From Enterobacteria phage f1: 6,407 nt of DNA. Each line of letters starts with the position of its first letter. The first letter of the stretch is position 1. Made by a program: the position numbers and the translations under genes. The notes beneath the pieces are model-generated. The model ran no database searches, was not told the DNA's origin, and saw nothing but the letters and a program-made list of their open reading frames with translations. Location: sequence record NC_075031.1; one strand, 5' to 3'. This document shows positions 6,369 to 6,407 of the stretch, piece by piece.

Positions 6369-6407
6369 NNNNNNNNNNNNNNNNNNNNNNNNNNNNNNNN
6401 NNNNNNN
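6369..6407. other. Run of 39 ambiguous bases (N), masked or unsequenced segment inside gene II
   Basis: Directly visible. 39 nt is exactly 13 codons, preserving the gene II frame and the canonical genome length. Confidence 0.95.

Larger units (their letters stand above)
1..6407 (+). mobile_element. Complete circular Ff-type filamentous phage genome (Inovirus, M13/f1/fd-like), linearised within gene II
   Basis: Canonical gene order II/X-V-VII-IX-VIII-III-VI-I/XI-IV-intergenic-II, all on one strand. Window length equals the canonical 6407 nt and gene II is split across the two window ends (402 nt + 831 nt = 1233 nt = 410 codons + stop). Identification rests on recognised protein sequences (established knowledge), not on a database search. 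Confidence 0.9.

Noticed and set aside
1-6407. The possibility that the window holds a previously undescribed biological system
   Set aside because: Every segment is accounted for by the well-characterised Ff filamentous phage genome (eleven genes plus the intergenic region). No unexplained coding capacity or repeat architecture remains.

Overview
This window is not a novel system. It is a complete genome of an Ff-type filamentous phage (Inovirus; M13/f1/fd family), linearised inside gene II and laid out in the conventional numbering. All eleven genes are on the + strand in the canonical order: II/X, V, VII, IX, VIII, III, VI, I/XI, IV, then the intergenic region (packaging hairpin, minus- and plus-strand origins) and the start of gene II. 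The window length (6407) equals the canonical genome length and every gene boundary sits at the canonical coordinate, so divergence from the reference appears to be substitutions only. The last 39 positions are N and mask 13 codons of gene II. There is no integrase, CRISPR array, tRNA or rRNA, and no foreign insert in gene III, gene VIII or the intergenic region. The points worth a second look are a scattering of amino-acid substitutions relative to M13 as I recall it, the most notable being a ninth cysteine in the pIII N2 domain. These comparisons are from memory and need an alignment to confirm.
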